A stretch of 64,000 bases of DNA, taken from positions 38,130,001 through 38,194,000 of the forward strand of contig NC_043009.1 in NCBI RefSeq assembly GCF_006345805.1, written 5' to 3'. The notes below the pieces were generated by a model that was not told the DNA's origin, did not search any database, and was given only the letters and a program-made list of their open reading frames with translations. The position numbers were made by a program, and so were the translations under genes. This DNA comes from Octopus sinensis. Its lineage: Eukaryota. Of the stretch, positions 63,257-64,000 are shown piece by piece (the first letter of the stretch is position 1; the number at the start of each line of letters is the position of its first letter).

Positions 63257-64000
63257 CTAATGTATTTATGAGATGGCATTTAACAGAGAGCGATCGAATC
63301 GTGCACTTATTGCTATTGACACAGTATGACAATCTGTATTGTCTCTTTATAACTTTGTATATTATTTCCATTGTTATATTAATGTAGGCAAGTTAGTTAT
63401 TACATGCTGACACGAGGATAATGGTATGTTGTTCTGTAGTAGCGCCAAGTCGATTATTGTTAAAACTGGCTCTTTTAACCTAACAATTTCACACATTTAA
63501 ATATATATCTATATCATTGGCGATGTGTCAGGGCAGAGAATCTCATCATTTTTCTTTCTCGCCATTTTCTCTTAATGTGTTACAACTTTACCCATGTGAC
63601 ATATTACCACAATTTACTTACTCATTCAGAATGATTTATCTGTACCTGCCATCATATAACTACTATCGACTTCCTGAGTATCAGCTTTATAATTATTAGA
63701 CCCACAGCTCTTACTAGTTAATCTTTAGCTCACACCGTTCTAGTCGCTTAGTCTTTGATTAATGATATTTAATTTTGCGTAATTTATTAGTGTCACACGA
63801 GCGTATTTAGTTTCTTTCTTTATTTTCTTTTCAAAACAAACATAAATCCATTGGAATTAAGATATTCTGACAGTTTCCTTCCCATCTTAATGCTTGCTTC
63901 CCGTTTCTAAATCTTTGATTGGACATTATCTTTGTTCCAATGACAAAGTTACTGTTTCGAGACTCACTATGTCTACATTCTTACTATGTTGCCTATAACC

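Overview
Eukaryotic, AT-rich, microsatellite- and retroposon-saturated animal DNA. It is most likely octopod cephalopod; this is inferred from SINE families I recognise, a mollusc-type 28S fragment and the repeat landscape. There is one 100-N scaffold gap (6458-6557). The only host protein-coding sequence I can support is the start of a giant Fat/FAT4-type cadherin gene on the minus strand: ATG at 1716, signal peptide plus cadherin repeats EC1-EC5, open to the window edge. The ORF track misses it because it has no stop inside the window. The other ~62 kb holds no recognisable host exon. It contains at least four tRNA-derived SINE families, many with clear target-site duplications (TSDs); a young 5'-truncated CR1-clade LINE; R4/Dong- and RTE-type LINE remnants; Tc1, mariner, DD37D, pogo/Tigger and hAT fossils; MITEs; minisatellites; and a decayed 28S rRNA fragment. 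Nearly all ORF-track entries are microsatellite translations. Most interesting observations: (1) a 39-nt double hairpin shared by the LINE 3' end and the commonest SINE family, where every difference is in a loop or linker or is compensatory; (2) two near-intact minimal type I hammerhead ribozymes, one inside a terminally redundant 546-bp unit; (3) recurrent SINE dimers joined at the same nucleotide; (4) head/body/tail module swapping among SINEs; (5) a satellite built from a SINE fragment. All alignments and folds were done by eye.
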